Shown: one piece after another, positions 1-13,692 of the stretch
Numbering within the stretch: position 1 is the stretch's first letter
Layout: each line of letters starts with the position of its first letter
Source of the DNA: Octopus sinensis
Lineage: Eukaryota
Assembly: GCF_006345805.1 (NCBI RefSeq)
Contig: NC_043002.1
Coordinates: 32,550,001 to 32,614,000 of the forward strand
DNA length: 64,000 bases
Direction: 5' to 3'
The notes under the pieces: generated by a model
Told to the model about the DNA's origin: nothing
Database searches by the model: none
The model's input: only the letters and a program-made list of their open reading frames with translations
Made by a program: the position numbers and the translations under genes

Positions 1-530
1 TATATATTACAAAGTTCGTCGAGTGGCACAATAATTCCAAAATCAAATTGGTATAAATGAATCTCCAATCAACATATATGTGGGGTAGTGATTGAAATAT
101 ATCAATGAAACCAGAGAAACAAAATTCAAAAGAGCATTATAATGTTATTCCCTTCGACATGACTCTCATGACACACACTATGCAGTTATAACCTTTGAAA
201 ACTGATATAGTTACACAGTGAAAATACGTATCGCTTTTTTATTGGATAACTCATATTAATACTGAATTAATGAAAACAGTAATTGCCAGAATCAAAAGAG
301 TGCTATACAGGGCCATTTGTATTACATACGATGTTCAAAATGTGCCAGTGTTGAATATTCCAAATTCACAAATTATCATTTTGAGATGTACTGCGATCGA
401 TATAACTGAATATTGTATTAGAGGGAATTTCAATCACAGTAAAAAAGAATTGTAGTATCTGTAAATATTTTATCCATTGAACGGAGAATAAGCAATGAAA
501 GAACTTCAGAGGTTTGATATATACATATAC

Positions 531-576
<46 letters not shown>

Positions 577-759
577 CGTAAAAAAGAGTAAAAAAAACTA
601 CAGAAGACATGTGTTATATGGTTCAAGAATATATTTAAGTTGTTATGTTAGAAAAATGTGACATTTTGTGTATAGTAACATAGTTTTGGGAGAAATAGCC
701 GGTTTCGTATTTTCTTTTCAAATTTCTCAAATTTCTTTACCTACATCGTGTCATATATA

Positions 760-817
<58 letters not shown>

Positions 818-1033
818 TATATATACATACATACATACATACATACATACATACATGCATACATAGAGTAAGTTTACAAAAGACAAAAGACGAAGACGGG
901 TGTGTAAATAATAAACAGATGTATTACTTTAACACTCGTGAAGTGAGAAAGTCTTTACGTTTCCAGCCTACGCTCTTCGACAGAAAGGGAAACAAAAATA
1001 AACAGGGAGAGAAATATATACGTATATACATAC

Positions 1034-1099
<66 letters not shown>

Positions 1100-1199
1100 G
1101 TGAATGCGTGTATGTGTACATGTATATAATAAGAACAGAATAATAATAAGAATTTTGATGGTAAGACAAGTGAGGTTAATTCCTCTCTCTAGCATGTAT

Positions 1200-1231
<32 letters not shown>

Positions 1232-1320
1232 CGCGTGTGTGCGCGTATCTGTGTGTATGTGTTGTATGTGTGTGTGTCTGCGTGTGTGTAACACAAGCCA
1301 TATAAAGAGATAGGACTTAC

Positions 1321-1440
1321 CTATGCATGTATTGTTTGTTGCTGGATCAAGTTCATAAAACCTCTTGCACTGACAGGATGCTGTTCCATTATTTACGTTA
1401 CAAGTGTCGGGGCAATTCAGACTCTGGCATTTCTCGATAA
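1321..1440 (-). CDS. Mucin exon, EGF-like (VIEKCQSLNCPDTCNVNNGTASCQCKRFYELDPATNNTCI)
   Basis: 120 nt, phase 1-1, open frame, six Cys. Confidence 0.88.
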
Positions 1441-1508
1441 CTATGACAGCAAAGTATTAACATATTACAATAAGCAGTATACTTCACATGTGAATGTTTA
1501 TAAGTATG

Positions 1509-1540
<32 letters not shown>

Positions 1541-1629
1541 CGCGTGTGTGCGCGTATCTGTGTGTATGTGTTGTATGTGTGTGTGTCTGCGTGTGTGTAA
1601 CACAAGCCATATAAAGAGATAGGACTTAC

Positions 1630-1748
1630 CTATGCATGTATTGTTTGTTGCTGGATCAAGTTCATAAAACCTCTTGCACTGACAGGATGCTGTTCCATTA
1701 TTTACGTTACAAGTTCGGGGCAATTCAGACTCTGGCATTTCTCGATAA
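1630..1748 (-). pseudogene. Frameshifted duplicate (119 nt) of the EGF exon at 1321-1440
   Basis: Identical except for a 1-nt deletion (caagttcgggg vs caagtgtcgggg), which gives an in-frame TAA. Confidence 0.75.
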
Positions 1749-1816
1749 CTATGACAGCAAAGTATTAACATATTACAATAAGCAGTATACTTCACATGTG
1801 AATGTTTATAAGTATG

Positions 1817-1858
<42 letters not shown>

Positions 1859-3538
1859 ACTATATATATTTTTTTTTCACACCGAGAGAGGCTCAGTAAT
1901 ATTTGCATGAAACGGGTCTTCTACGTATGAGCCCTGCTATCAAACCCGCGGAAAGGTCTTACTCAGTAATTCGAGGAACGAAAACAAAGTACTATTACAA
2001 ATCATACATTTGACCAGTCACCTGCATATTTCACTATGTTGGAAGAAAATCTAGAATATAATGATAGAATTGAAAATCCTTCCAGTATTTGTCCTCTTTT
2101 CTATTTAGTTACAGTTAGAGAGCATAGGGATTCTACCTATATGTCTTTGTTATAGTGTATGAAATATTATAACACATTATATCCTAAATCAGTGACTGTG
2201 TTGCACGAAAGGTCATTGTTCATTGCTTCATATACAACAATCACTTCGGTCAATTTCTTATTGGACACATTAATTAAACAAATTTATTAAGTGTGAGTTT
2301 ACTAATGTCTGATATCACCTTATTTTGGAGTACTCCACTCAACAAAATTAATTGTAATATCACTTACGAGCGAACTAGTATCGTAAGTGTGCATACATGA
2401 CATCATCTAAGCATGGTCTAGTAGATTACTCTTGTATCAATTAACTTCGTATTTTACTTTTTTCCTGGAAGACATTAGCGTTTAATATAGGGCTTAATAC
2501 TAACTTCAGAGAAAATGTATGATATGATATAATGATTATTTAACATGTAAAACATATCAAAGCTTAGCCGTCATTCGCTTTCAAGAATAACCTTGCAGAT
2601 TGTACCAAACATCGCTGAACTGTTAAGGTGATCGTCTCACGATTATAATAACGTGAGTTAGATTTCTAGACTGTGTGGCGTGTTGCGTCCTTGAGCAATG
2701 CACTTCATTTCTCATTGCTTCATTAAACTCAGCTATAAACAATGTCTGTCGGCTACTATGCAGCTCTTTCTTCCTTCAGTTATATCACATCATTGGTATT
2801 CTGCAGAGTGGGGATTGAGAAGGTATGCACTTTTGCCCGAAACTATATAAACACCTAAAGCATGTAGGAGATATATATATATATATATATTATCAATAAT
2901 AGCAAAGGGTAAAATTAATTAATTAACTAGTAATCAATAATTTCACCAAGTAGAATTCAACATGAAAAGGGACCATTTCTCGGTAAATTTAAGTAGTATT
3001 TTGTAATTAGGGCTCAGCAAAAATTTGCTTTACCAAATACCGAAGTTTAGAAATAGCAGCCAGATAACCTTAGCTATTTCCTCTACTTTAAAAAGAGATT
3101 CCCTAACAAAAAAACAAATTACTCGAAAACTAGTCGTTATTGTCTTACACTCATGATCACTAAATCATGGTTTCAATACCCGTACTGAGTGGTGCATTCT
3201 ATTCTTCAGTAAAACACTTCATTACACGTTGCTCAGTAACATCTTCGACACTTGTATGTATGTATGTATGTATGTATGTATGTATGTATGTATGTATGTA
3301 TGTATGCAGGTATGTATGTATGTATGCATGTATGCATGTATGTGTGTATGTATGGAGGAATAGAGATTCTTTTACTCTTTTAGTGTTTTCCGTCGTAGGA
3401 CCAACTCCATGCTGGAGGTCTGCATTAACGACAATCTATTCATCATTTAGTTGTGAAAGCTTCGTTAATAATTCATATTATTAACTAAAGTTTTATTTAT
3501 ATTTAATCAATTTCAAGTATTTAAATAAATTCCAGTAC

Positions 3539-3670
3539 CTTTCACTTTGGTGCAATTCTTGCGGTCTATATCCAGCTTGTAACCAGAGTAGCATTCGCAA
3601 TAAAATGATCCGTCCGTGTTTTTACATGTATGTACGCAGCCATCAACCTTGTTTGCACATTCGTCTATAT
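3539..3670 (-). CDS. Mucin exon, Ca-binding EGF (DIDECANKVDGCVHTCKNTDGSFYCECYSGY)
   Basis: 132 nt, canonical sites. Confidence 0.92.
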
Positions 3671-3800
3671 CTGAATAAATATTTAAACATGTTACAGAGA
3701 TAAATAATGAAATGTCCAATGGCAACAAATGTTAAATATATTTTCAAATACGGACTCATTTTTAAATTTATATAGTAGTCTATATAATAGTCTGTCTTAC

Positions 3801-3920
3801 CTTTACAAATATTTCCAGTCTCTTTATAGCCACTTCGGCATTTACACACAAAGCCACCCGCATGATTTTCGCAGTCTTGTGGGCACGAATTATTATATGT
3901 CACCTGGCATTCATCAATAT
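3801..3920 (-). CDS. Mucin exon, Ca-binding EGF (DIDECQVTYNNSCPQDCENHAGGFVCKC)
   Basis: 120 nt, canonical sites. Confidence 0.92.
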
Positions 3921-4137
3921 CTGTAACAAATTTTTTCAATAAGTAAACTTAAAATAGCAAAAAGGCAGTATGCCAAAACATATAAATTATTGAATGTTTT
4001 TGTAGCGTACGTAATATTTCAGTCTTTCGGGTGAAACTTTCATTAGCTGAAATTAAAAACAATTTTAAAAAGCCTTTATAATATTTTCACTTTTTACAAA
4101 ATGAAAGTTGTGGACACATGATTTCCTCCAATATTTG

Positions 4138-4535
4138 CGGCGAGCTGGCAGAAACGTTAGCACGCCGGGCGAAATGCGTAGCCGTATTTCGTCTGCCGTT
4201 ACGTTGTGAGTTCAAATTCCGCCGAGGTTGACTTTGCCTTTCATCCTTTCGAGGTCGATAAATTAAGTACCAGTTACGCACTATATTAATACCTATATCT
4301 GTCCTTGTTTGTCTCCTCTGTGTTTAGCCCCTTGTGGGTAATAAAGAAATAGGTATTTCGTCTGCCATTACGTTCTGAGTTCAAATTCCGCTGAGGTCGA
4401 CTTTGCCTTTCATCCTTTCCGGTTCGATAAAATAAGTACCGGTTACGCACTGGGGTCGATATAATTGACTTGATCCCTTTGTTCTTGTTGTTTGTCCTTG
4501 TTTGACCCCTCTATGTTTAGTCAATAAAGAAATAA
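4138..4535 (+). mobile_element. tRNA-derived SINE with Nin/Deu-like central domain, internally duplicated
   Basis: A-box-like tggcagaaacgttagc, B-box-like gttcaaattcc, core gcctttcatcctttcg.ggtcgataaa..aagtaccag. Confidence 0.75.
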
Positions 4536-5204
4536 AGAAATAAATATTTGCCTTCTTCACACGGGACGAACGTATCTGTTACCATTAATCTTGCGAAAAT
4601 ATCAGGAATATGTATTTCTATATTAAACGTTTCTGTTCTGCATCACCAGATAAATTTCATTTGAATACAATACTGACAACATTATCATTTTGAGTTATAC
4701 TAACTAAAGAAAATCCAACAACTTAAAAGTTTTCTGTTTTTAATGTTACGTCTGAAATTAGATTAAAGAGATCATTCAAAAATGGAAAAGTTTTTTATAT
4801 GGAATGGTTTGGGAAGAATTTTGGAGCGGGATATTTTTTTTCTCTTGCAATACGAAACGTTTTATAAAACGAAACACAACAATCGAAATTTTTTTAATGA
4901 CGTTTTACATAACACGTGGGAGAATTTTTATTTTAATGTCTAGTTTGAAGTATATTTATAATCTAATAGATAGCTTAAACGTGGTAAGAAACCTTCGATT
5001 ATTTCGGACATTGCAATGAAAAATAGACACAGATTATATGTTGACCAGTTTTTGACATTCCACTGATAGTATATATCAATGAAAGAAACAAAAATATGAT
5101 AAATACAAGATAATAATAATGATAATTATAATAATAATAAAAATAATAATAATGATGATGATGATGATGATGATGATCATAATAATAATAATAATAATAA
5201 TAAC

Positions 5205-5932
5205 AACATGTCCAGCCGACAAGGTATGCGATAAGGAAGAAAAGTCAGGTGATATGCCAGGTCAGCTTGGGAAGTTAAGCAGTTGTGGTCGACGAAAAAG
5301 GTAGCAGTAGTACCAATAATTGTCGGAGCCCTGGGAACAGTGAGCAAAAGTCTCGAGAAGTACGTGGAACAAATAGGAGCTGCAATAAGGGTGGAGCACT
5401 TGCAGAAAACAGCACTGCTTAGGACCGCTCGAATACTCCGGAAGGTGCTCGAAAAATAAGAGGTGTAACCTTAGTTCACTGGTAGTGAACAGCTGACACT
5501 GTAGTACATCTCCAGCATTAGAAGCTTTGCAAAGGCAACAACATCAACAACAACAATAATAATAATAAAAACAACAACAGGTTCCCTATGTATGTTAAGA
5601 AAATGATTTCAGAAACACCTAGATAGCATCCCAAGAGAACCATGTCTCAGAGAAATCCAAAGGTTACGCTGACAAGTACTACCCACATCCTTAGAAAGGC
5701 CCTATCAATTTGAATACTTGTCTTGAATTACATGAAGATATTTCGCTACTGCCCTGGCCAAGATTTCACTCATACTGTAAAATGACTTATCATTCACTCT
5801 CCCTAAAACACTGAGTGTGTCTCTGCAAGTGATTGTAACAAACATGCAGATTAAAAGTAAATAATAATAATAACAATAGTAATAATAATAATAACAACAA
5901 AAACAACAACAACAACAACAATAATAATAATA

Positions 5933-5965
<33 letters not shown>

Positions 5966-6712
5966 GTCGTTGTTGCTGTTATTATTATCATTTAGTTTGC
6001 TAGTAGCTGCATAAGATCAAGCATTAAGGACTAATTGGATAAAAGCCAAACTAAACAAAAACCAAGAAAAATCGTTACTCATATAGTGAATAAATGTAGC
6101 ATGCTGGCACAGAAAGAATACAAGAAAAGAAAGACTTGACAATTTAGGGAGAGCTATTCCCTGGGAGCTTTGTAGAAAGCAAAGACTTGAACGTACTGGT
6201 AAATGGTATGCACATGAACCTAGTAAAGTACTAGAAAGTAGGAAATACAGGATGATATGGCACTTTAAGTTTCAGATTGACAGAGTAATGGGCCTGATTT
6301 GGTAGTAGCAGATAAATGGAATGGAAAGTGCTAGATAATTGACTTTAAAGTCCCAAATGATGAAAAAATTTATATGAGAAGTACAGAAGAAATAGCAAAG
6401 TACCAGGACATAGCTATTGAATTACAGAGACTATGGAATGTGCGGGTAAAATGTATCCCAGTAATTATAGGTGCATTGAGAATTATCCCATCCCTAAAAA
6501 TCTGAACAAATGGTTAGAGGAAATAGGCATAAAATCCAGTCTAGTACAGCTGCTGAAAACAGTGTTATTAGGGACAGCTAGGATAGTTAGAAGGGTTCTT
6601 GGTATTTAATGTTACTTGCTTTTACCCAATAGGGGGTTTCTTCACTTCTAACGCTACATGTTGTAGCCCGATGTTAGGATTTTTTCCAACAGTCTAATCT
6701 GTTGACTGAAGA
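5205..6712 (+). mobile_element. Cluster of three diverged R4/Dong-like 3' fragments (about 5205-5535, 5580-5860, 5990-6712) between TAA/CAA arrays
   Basis: Remnant translations PIIVGALGTV...LQKTALL and IPVIIGAL...KTVLLGTARIVRRVL resemble the C-terminus of the 21.8-25.8 kb element. Confidence 0.75.
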
Positions 6713-6824
6713 AGAAGAAGAAGAAGAAGAAGAAGAAGAAGAAGAAGAAGAAGAAGAAGAAGAAGAAGAAGAAGAAGAAGAACAACAACAACAACAACAA
6801 CAGCAACAACAACAACAATCCTGT

Positions 6825-7030
6825 CTTTTATAGGTACAAAACCTGAAATTGTGGGCTAGAGGGCTAGTCGATTACATCGACCCAGTATATAACTAGTATT
6901 TATTTCATCGACTCCGAAATGATGAAAGGCAAAGTCGACCTCGGCGGAATTTGAGATGTGAGCGTAAAGACAGGCGAAATGCCGCTAAACATATGTCCGG
7001 CGTATTAATGATTCTGCCAGCTCGCCGCCC
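6825..7030 (-). mobile_element. Same Nin-type SINE family
   Basis: gatgaaaggcaaagtcgacctcggcggaatttg...ctgccagctcgccgcc. Confidence 0.75.
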
Positions 7031-7117
7031 TTATGACAGTTTCAATATAAATATCTTTGCACCATAATGAGCAAATGAACATACAAATTTCAATAAGTTT
7101 TCAAACTTCATACCAAC

Positions 7118-7372
7118 CTACGCACTTATTTTCTTCCTTTTTGTACCCTGATTGGCATTTGCATTCGTAAGTTCCATTTTGGTTTTTACAATCTTCATTG
7201 GCAGAGCAGACACTTGCGTTTAGACATTCATTAATATCTGCTTCGCATGTGCTACCTTTCCAACCTTCATTGCAGATACATCCACTTACTTTATCACATC
7301 TTTCAGTTGATTTCTCGTTACATATGTTACAATCTCCTTCGCATTTGTCACCAAAATGATTTTCATCACATT
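7118..7372 (-). CDS. Mucin exon, laminin/EGF-like plus cbEGF (ECDENHFGDKC...DINECLNASVC)
   Basis: Within ORF 7101-7421; 255 nt. Confidence 0.92.
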
Positions 7373-7775
7373 CTACCGACAAAAGTATAAAAAATATATA
7401 TGAAGTATATAAATGTATCAAACTATATATGAAATGCTTCTCTAATTAATTGATAATTAATTAGAGTAATAACTCTAGACTACTAAATGAAGTTAAATTT
7501 TAAACAAAAATAAAAAGTTTTCTTCTAGCAAAAATAATCTCAAGAAATATGCATACACACCCACAATGTTAAATTGCATGAGGAGCAGTAATGATAAAAA
7601 CATGGAATACGTAGCAGAAATATTATAGAGCGAATATAAGGAAAGACTGGAACATATTAGCAAATAAATAATGAAACAACTAAAATAATAACAGCACAAC
7701 TTAATAAAAATATTCTATACTGTGGTATAGTCGATCTATTCCATAAAGTAATCATTTTTGCAGAAATACACTTAC

Positions 7776-7889
7776 CAACACATTTAGTTGATTGGAACAC
7801 CTTTTTCCCGGGAGGACAGCTACATTCAAATGTGCCATTAAGGTTAGTACATGTACCTTCACAGGGTGTCTGCTTACATTCATCGATAT
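7776..7889 (-). CDS. Mucin exon, Ca-binding EGF (DIDECKQTPCEGTCTNLNGTFECSCPPG)
   Basis: Within ORF 7657-7950; 114 nt. Confidence 0.92.
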
Positions 7890-7957
7890 CTAAATTGTAG
7901 AGTGAATAGAGCATTTTATTTAACGGGTATTTGTAAAAAATAATACTCAATACATAT

Positions 7958-8214
7958 CTCTTTTACTCTTTTACTTGTTTCAGTCATATGACTGTAGCCA
8001 TGCTGGAGCACCGCTTTTAGTCGAGCAAATCGACCGCAGGACTTATTCTTTGTAAGCCTAGTACTTTGCCGAAACGCTAAGTTACAGGGACGTAACACAG
8101 CAGAATCGGTTGTCAAGCGATGTTGGGGGGACAAATACAAACTCACAAATGTATACACGCACACATACATACATACATACATACATACATACATACATAC
8201 ATACATACATACAT

Positions 8215-8283
<69 letters not shown>

Positions 8284-8445
8284 CGACGGGCTTCTTTCAG
8301 TTTCCGTCTACCAAATCCACTCACAAGGCTTTGGTCGACCCGAGGCTATAGTAGTAAACACTTGCCCAAGGTGCCACGCAGCAGGACTGACCCGGAACCA
8401 TGTGGCTGGTAAGCAAGCTACTCACCACACAGCTACTCCTACGCC
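7958..8445 (-). mobile_element. tRNA-derived CORE-like SINE with internal (CATA)/(CA)/(TA) microsatellite and aagagtaa tail
   Basis: Head ggcgtaggagtagctgtgtgg...ggcaccttgggcaagtg; tail gaaacaagtaaaagagtaaaagag. Confidence 0.75.
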
Positions 8446-8504
<59 letters not shown>

Positions 8505-8686
8505 TCCTGATCCCCAAATATAGCGAAATATTAATGGTCGCAATTATTGATACCTTCGTGGAATGCTGCAGTAATTAATGATAGCATATTTATATTTTGA
8601 AATTATACTCATAAATGTGATTTGGACAGCAAACAGTAGAATATAACATATACAATGCAGTATCTTTTATAGTAATTATTACTTAC

Positions 8687-8803
8687 CAACACAAGCGGAA
8701 TTATCTTTTAAAATGTAACCGCTATTACAAAAACACACAGGTTGTCCGTTCACCACTCGACACCCAGCAGTTCCATTGCATTTGTTAAAACAAACAGAGA
8801 TAC
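8687..8803 (-). CDS. Mucin exon, EGF-like (VCFNKCNGTAGCRVVNGQPVCFCNSGY...CV)
   Basis: 117 nt, canonical sites, six Cys. Confidence 0.88.
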
Positions 8804-9366
8804 CTGCGATAGAAAGTAAACCATAAAAATCTTGTATTTACATTTATAGTCTATGTAAAGGCACATACATGCATACACGCATGCTCTCGTTTGAAGACCA
8901 AAGTAACCGCTACACCAAACTCCCCACTGTTTAATTAATCATAGGTGATTCAGATCATTAACTACACCGAGAATCAGTCAATGCTATTTGTCCAATTTAA
9001 CTCATTTTATCTATGACCGATATCACATCTTACACTATTTATGTCGATTTGATCAATGGTTGATGCTTCATTTTGTAGTGTTGTGGATCTAAAGAATTTA
9101 TCTCGCTTATATATAGAATGCGTCCAACAGAGGCCTTCAGACAGCTTATTTAAAATCTGTTTATGATATCTCTACAGTGTAAGCACTCTTTCTGCTCTCT
9201 TCTAATTGGAAATGTTTCATTTTGTGTTGTATTTCTAGGAACCTCCTTTTAATGACTTTCAGTTTAACGACTTTCTAATAACATTCGGTTTAAATGAATT
9301 GATATAATCATTCTATTACCCACGAAAAAATAAAACATTTCCTTTCATGTATATATATAGCTTACG

Positions 9367-9752
9367 TGGAGTCGCAATGGCCCAGTGGTTAGGGCAGCGG
9401 ACTCGCGGTCATAGGATCGCGGTTTCGATTCCCAGACCGGGCGTTGTGAGTGTTTATTGAGCGAAAACACCTACAAGCTCCACGAGGCTCCGGCAGGGGA
9501 TGGTGGTGATCCCTGCTGTACTCTTTCACCACAACTTTCTCTCTCTTACTTCCTGTTTCTGCTGTACCTGTATTTCAAGGGGCCGGCCTTGTCACTCTCT
9601 GTGTCTCGCTGAATATCCCCGAGAACTACGTTAAGGGTGCACGTGTCTGTGGAGTGCTCAGCCACTTACACGTTAATTTCACGAGCAAGCTGCTCCGTTG
9701 ATTCGGATCAACCGGAACCCTCATCGTCGTAACCGACGGAGTGCTTCCATTC
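9367..9752 (+). mobile_element. tRNA-derived SINE, third family; decayed copy at about 11865-12135
   Basis: tRNA-like head tggcccagtggttagggcagcggactcgcggtc...ggtttcgattccc. Confidence 0.72.
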
Positions 9753-10588
9753 CATATAGCTTGCATTATTGAAAATGTGGGTCCAGATTCTATATTTTTC
9801 TTGAAAAGAGAAAATCGTTTTGAATAGATTGTTTCGTAAAAGTCTGGATGGAACACGATTTATTGTGTAGTTTTACGGTTTTTCTGGACATATAGTTCAA
9901 CTAGGTTTCCGTCGAAGAAATTCGTCAGCATTATTGTCAAAGTACAGAAGGTTAATAACTATTTTATTTTTGTGTGATGGTAACATCTAAATTATATCTG
10001 CCCTTGGATGAGTGCAGTATGATTTGCTCCATGAACAGTTTTATGAAAATCCAAATAGATATTCTGTCTATTCAGTAACATTCCATTGGATAGTTTGATA
10101 TCGAGGAAATGAAAATGACCTAAGGAAGATTCATAGATATGTTGCTGTCGTGTTAATATTTTTTTCAAGTTTTGTTCAAATCATGTTTAAAAAAACTGCT
10201 ATGATCTGCATTGAACCATATGCCACGATGCTGTACATATAACTATATTAAATAAGCTTACATGTACTGTTAGTGACTCGCAAAATGAGTTTGAGTGACA
10301 CATGATACATATATATATATATATACAACAGGCTTCTTTCACTTTCCGTCTATTAAATCCACTCACAAGGCTTTGGTCTGCCTGAAGCTATAGCAGAAGG
10401 CACCTGCACAAGGTGCCCCGCAGTGGGACTGAACCCAGAGCCATGTCGTTGAGAAGGAGACTTCTAACCACACAGCCATGCCTGCACCTATAGAGATCGA
10501 TAGACAGAGAGATAGATAGATACATGCATACATACATACATATACGACACGCACACACACATACACAAACACACACACGCACACACAC

Positions 10589-10667
<79 letters not shown>

Positions 10668-11009
10668 ATATGTATGTATGTATGTATACATATATACATA
10701 CATAACTGCACACATGCACAAGAGCCTGAGTCAGACAGCACTGTAATTTCCATTTGAATTCTGATTTTTCACATGGATGAGTTTGAGCAAAAAAGTATTG
10801 CAGCATAAATCGCCCTTCTGTCTGTCCCTTGTGTGTGCACGTGTGTGTGTGTCTGTGCGTGTGTGTGTGTGTGTATGTGTGTGTGCGCACGCGACTGCGT
10901 GTGTACGGGTGCTTGTGCACACGGTTGCGCGCGTGTGTTCGTGTTCACACGGTTATGTATGCATGTATCATTGCAAATTGTTTCTGTCATATTATCTGCA
11001 TCTGTTGAT

Positions 11010-11405
11010 AACAACATCCTTTTCTACTCAAGGCTCAAAATTTTGGGGGAGGGGCCAGTCGATTAGATCAACCCCAGTATGCAACTCGTACTTAATTTAT
11101 TGACCCCGAAAGGATGAAAGGCAAAGTCGACCTCGGCGGAATTTGAACTAAGAACGTAATGGCAGACGAAATACTAATTTCTTTACTACCTACAAGGGAC
11201 TGAACACAGAGAGAACAAACAAGAACAGACAAAGGTACTAAGTCGATTACATCGACTCCAGTGCGTAACTGGTACTTAATTTCTCGGCCCCGGAAGGATG
11301 AAATGCAAAGTCGACTTCGGCGGAATTTGAACTCACAATGTAACGGTAGACGAAATACCGCTTAGCATTTCGCCCGGCGTGCTAACGTTTCTGCCAGCTC
11401 GCCAC
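11010..11405 (-). mobile_element. Nin-type SINE, two tandem core units
   Basis: Repeated gaaaggatgaaaggcaaagtcgacctcggcggaatttgaact. Confidence 0.75.
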
Positions 11406-11476
11406 ATTTCGTTGATAACAGCATCACTAAATTGAAATGTAAGGAAAAAATTGCATACAGCAGTAATATATCTTAC

Positions 11477-11611
11477 TTGAAATACTTTTCTGTGTACAGC
11501 TGCCATTGCTTTGTATTGAATATCCCTCGTAACAATCACAGGTGTAACTACCTTCGGTATCATTACATAATTGTTTGCAATTATGAATGTTGAGACTGCA
11601 TTCATTGATAT
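11477..11611 (-). CDS. Mucin exon, Ca-binding EGF (INECSLNIHNCKQLCNDTEGSYTCDCYEGY)
   Basis: cbEGF consensus; 135 nt. Confidence 0.9.
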
Positions 11612-13575
11612 CTGAAATTTAGGTAAAACTCGAAATAAAACTCATTCGCTTTAAATTTTCGTTATTTGTCGTTTCAAATTATTTGTAATTAACTATTTAA
11701 TTGATGCCAGAGAGAAGAAAGGATATTTTCATCAATCGTAGCTCAGGTATTAGATCAAAGATTGTTGCAATCATATTTTATAAATTATTGCAGCGCTGTA
11801 TTTCATTGCGCATTATGAAATGTTAGTATTCTTTATTACAATATTGTTAACTCATTGGAAAAGCTCGAGGTTCAGTGGTTAGATTATTTGGTTCACAATC
11901 ACGAACTTGTCAGTTCGATTACCGATGTATCATTGTGTCCATGATTGAAACAATTTATTTCATCAGGCAAGGCCGCTCTTCTCTCATTGTGTCACGCTGA
12001 ATCTGACTGAGATTTACACTAAGTGTACGCGTGTCCGTGTTGTGCTTTGCCACTAGCACGTTAATTTCACAAGCAGAATATTCTGTCGATCGGATCAGCT
12101 CGAATACTTTTATTCGTAACAGGCGGAATATGAGTTAATTTTTTATTCATTACTACTTACTATATTTTCATTTAGAATGAATTAATCAAAACATTAATTA
12201 ATGCTTTTCTGGAAAATCTCTAAGAAAACACATAGAGCTGTAAATAACAATATATAAATATTAGGTTGAAAAAATCTCATTTGAAAAGAAAAAGACGAAA
12301 GCTGCTTGTGGGGCACGAAAACACATCTATTATGTATGATAGGTGTTTGACTGTTTTAATCTAAAAGGTATTTTAGAACTAATATTTAAATGCTAGTATT
12401 GATAGTGTTATGTGTGTGATTCGGGATATTCTATAAAAATTATTATTTCACATTGTCTCAAAATTTCTAAAATTTTTCTTTCAATACATGTATGTACTGC
12501 TGATTTATTAATAATGGTTAAATTGTTTCAACAGATGTTTGAGCCATTCATAAGCATATTTAAACGTTTAAGGATCACTTAATATCATATATTGACAGCT
12601 TACTTTCTCTGTGATACTGAATTACCGATGCACTTTTGTCGACAAAGCTTCATTAAATAAATACAATAGAGTAAAAGAACTATTTTGATATTTACTTTTT
12701 TCAAATCATCGCTGTAGGGAATAGTCTGCATAAAATAATTGTTGCGTTATGCATACAATTTCAGTTCTTCATATATTAAAATAGTTCGTAAAGTAATAGC
12801 AGACTCCATTGTAGATCAGTTTTCAATATTTTTAATAGTTTTTTCAATATCTCAGTAATAATATTTCAATAAATAAATAATATCCCGGTTTTCCTGATAT
12901 TAGATTAATATCTTAAAATACGCTGATTCAACTGCAAATTATTATTCTTGAAAACATTTGTTTAAAAAGAAAGTTTAATAAAATATGAATAAATAAATAT
13001 TTTATCACAATTTGATGGTTTGGGAACCTTGCATTCATTTTTAACGTTTAACGTATTTTCTCTTTTTCTTTGCGTTCTGTGTTTTTGACTACTCGGTATT
13101 TTTAATACGTCGAAATGGTGTCTGTCCTTTTTAGTAGCAACAAATTAATTCCGATAAAGAAAGAAGAGTAGGCCTTGGAAATAAAGCTAGGCAGGAAACT
13201 ATTTTCTGAGGAACAGAAATCATCGTAGAAGTCATAGTAGAAATAGACCAGAAACAATGAGCCATTTACAATATAGAAACACTAATGTTTCTCACTTTCT
13301 ATCTCTATCTCTCTCTCCATATATATATATAGATATAGATAGATAGATAGAAACATGCATACATACATATGTACGTTAATGTATAAAATTACAATAGACG
13401 CAAACACACACACACTCACACACGCACACTTGTATATATGTTCGTGTGCGTGTGAGTGAATATGCATATTTACATTAAAATTATTTACATTAAAATATAT
13501 GAAAACTATATATAGGAACAAGTTTACAAAACAAAATGCACTCGCAATAAGACTAAGTACGGGAGTGATACCTAC

Positions 13576-13692
13576 TTTCACATCGTGTATCATCAACAAG
13601 TCGATAACCAGACCGGCACGAACATTCGAAACTGCCCTTGGTATTTGTACAATTGTGTTCACAGGTTGTATTCGTTAGACATTCATTTATAT
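13576..13692 (-). CDS. Mucin exon, Ca-binding EGF ([30 protein letters not shown])
   Basis: cbEGF consensus; 117 nt, phase 1-1. Confidence 0.9.

Larger units (their letters stand above)
1231..1848. repeat. 309-bp tandem duplication bounded by (TA)n, containing the EGF exon
   Basis: 1231-1539 is nearly identical to 1540-1848. Confidence 0.92.

Noticed and set aside
366-458. Possible next mucin exon after 1321 (acceptor tttacag at 459)
   Set aside because: The required phase hits TGA within ten codons and no EGF/SEA-like motif is seen
2368-2464. AG...GT-bounded candidate exon on the minus strand
   Set aside because: In-frame stop immediately in the required phase
9367-9450. Genuine tRNA gene
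   Set aside because: The tRNA-like head continues into a SINE body with other copies in the window; no proper acceptor stem or terminator
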